Source: Hypanus sabinus
Lineage: Eukaryota
Direction: 5' to 3'
Length of the DNA stretch: 64,000 bases
Assembly: GCF_030144855.1 (NCBI RefSeq)
Contig: NC_082707.1
Location: forward strand, 133,920,001 to 133,984,000
Shown piece by piece: positions 63,680 to 64,000 of this stretch (positions are counted from its first letter, which is position 1; every line of letters starts with the position of its first letter). The notes beneath the pieces were generated by a model. That model was not told the DNA's origin, did no database searches, and was given only the letters and a program-made list of their open reading frames with translations. The position numbers were made by a program, and so were the translations under genes.

Positions 63680-64000
63680 GAATAAAATCAAGCAAGTTTG
63701 TCCTTGGAGACATATGAGCCCTATGTACAACCTTAAATTGTATTAGGGCATGTTTGGCGCAAATGGATGAGGAGTTAACTAATTGTAAAATTTTCTCCCA
63801 CTGCTCTGTGGGTAAAAGACACTGAAGTTCTTTTACCCATTCCTTAATTTTTTCTGATACCCCTGGTTGTATTTTCATAATCATTTTATAAATGATGGCT
63901 ACTAAACCCTTCTGACAAGGATTCAGAGCTAGAATTTTTCCCGTAATATCCATTGGACATAAATTCAGAAAGGACTGTTAACATATTATTCAAAAAATTT

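Larger units (their letters stand above)
62585..64000 (-). mobile_element. L1-clade LINE, ORF2 C-terminal part and 3' end
   Basis: EQWEKILQLVNSSSICAKHALIQFKVVHRAHMS and downstream Cys/His domain (SEVASLTHMF); T-rich tail on + at ~62585. Confidence 0.8.

Noticed and set aside
57766-64000. EIF2S1 coding exons
   Set aside because: No MPGLSCRFY-like sequence found by eye; region is intron-like DNA and repeats

Overview
Vertebrate (eukaryotic) genomic DNA, most likely a cartilaginous fish such as a ray; this is inferred from the CR1/Penelope/Rex1-rich repeat landscape. Three genes match the conserved vertebrate PALS1(MPP5)-ATP6V1D-EIF2S1 block. (1) The last nine coding exons of PALS1/MPP5 lie on + (PDZ, SH3, HOOK and GK domains; stop at 22839-22841). 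(2) The complete nine-exon ATP6V1D (V-ATPase subunit D, 246 aa) lies on - (ATG at 57050, stop at 33642). (3) A CpG-island bidirectional promoter at ~57.1-57.9 kb probably drives a + strand partner; this would be EIF2S1 by synteny only, as no coding exon is seen. Introns and intergenic DNA are packed with nested transposons: two TA-flanked Tc1 elements, CR1 LINEs with SGNH-esterase ORF1, RTE, Rex1 and L1 LINEs, hAT and Tigger-like MITEs, a solo LTR and a tRNA-SINE. The main hunt results are: (a) a family of short palindromic Penelope-derived insertions with 13-14 bp TSDs carrying minimal, dimer-dependent hammerhead ribozyme cores, one intact at 63460-63497; (b) a twin-priming 5' inversion in an RTE LINE; (c) two CR1 lineages sharing ORF1 but not ORF2; (d) a CLEAR/TFEB-type element in the V-ATPase promoter. 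Most short ORFs in the supplied track are TE debris or noise.
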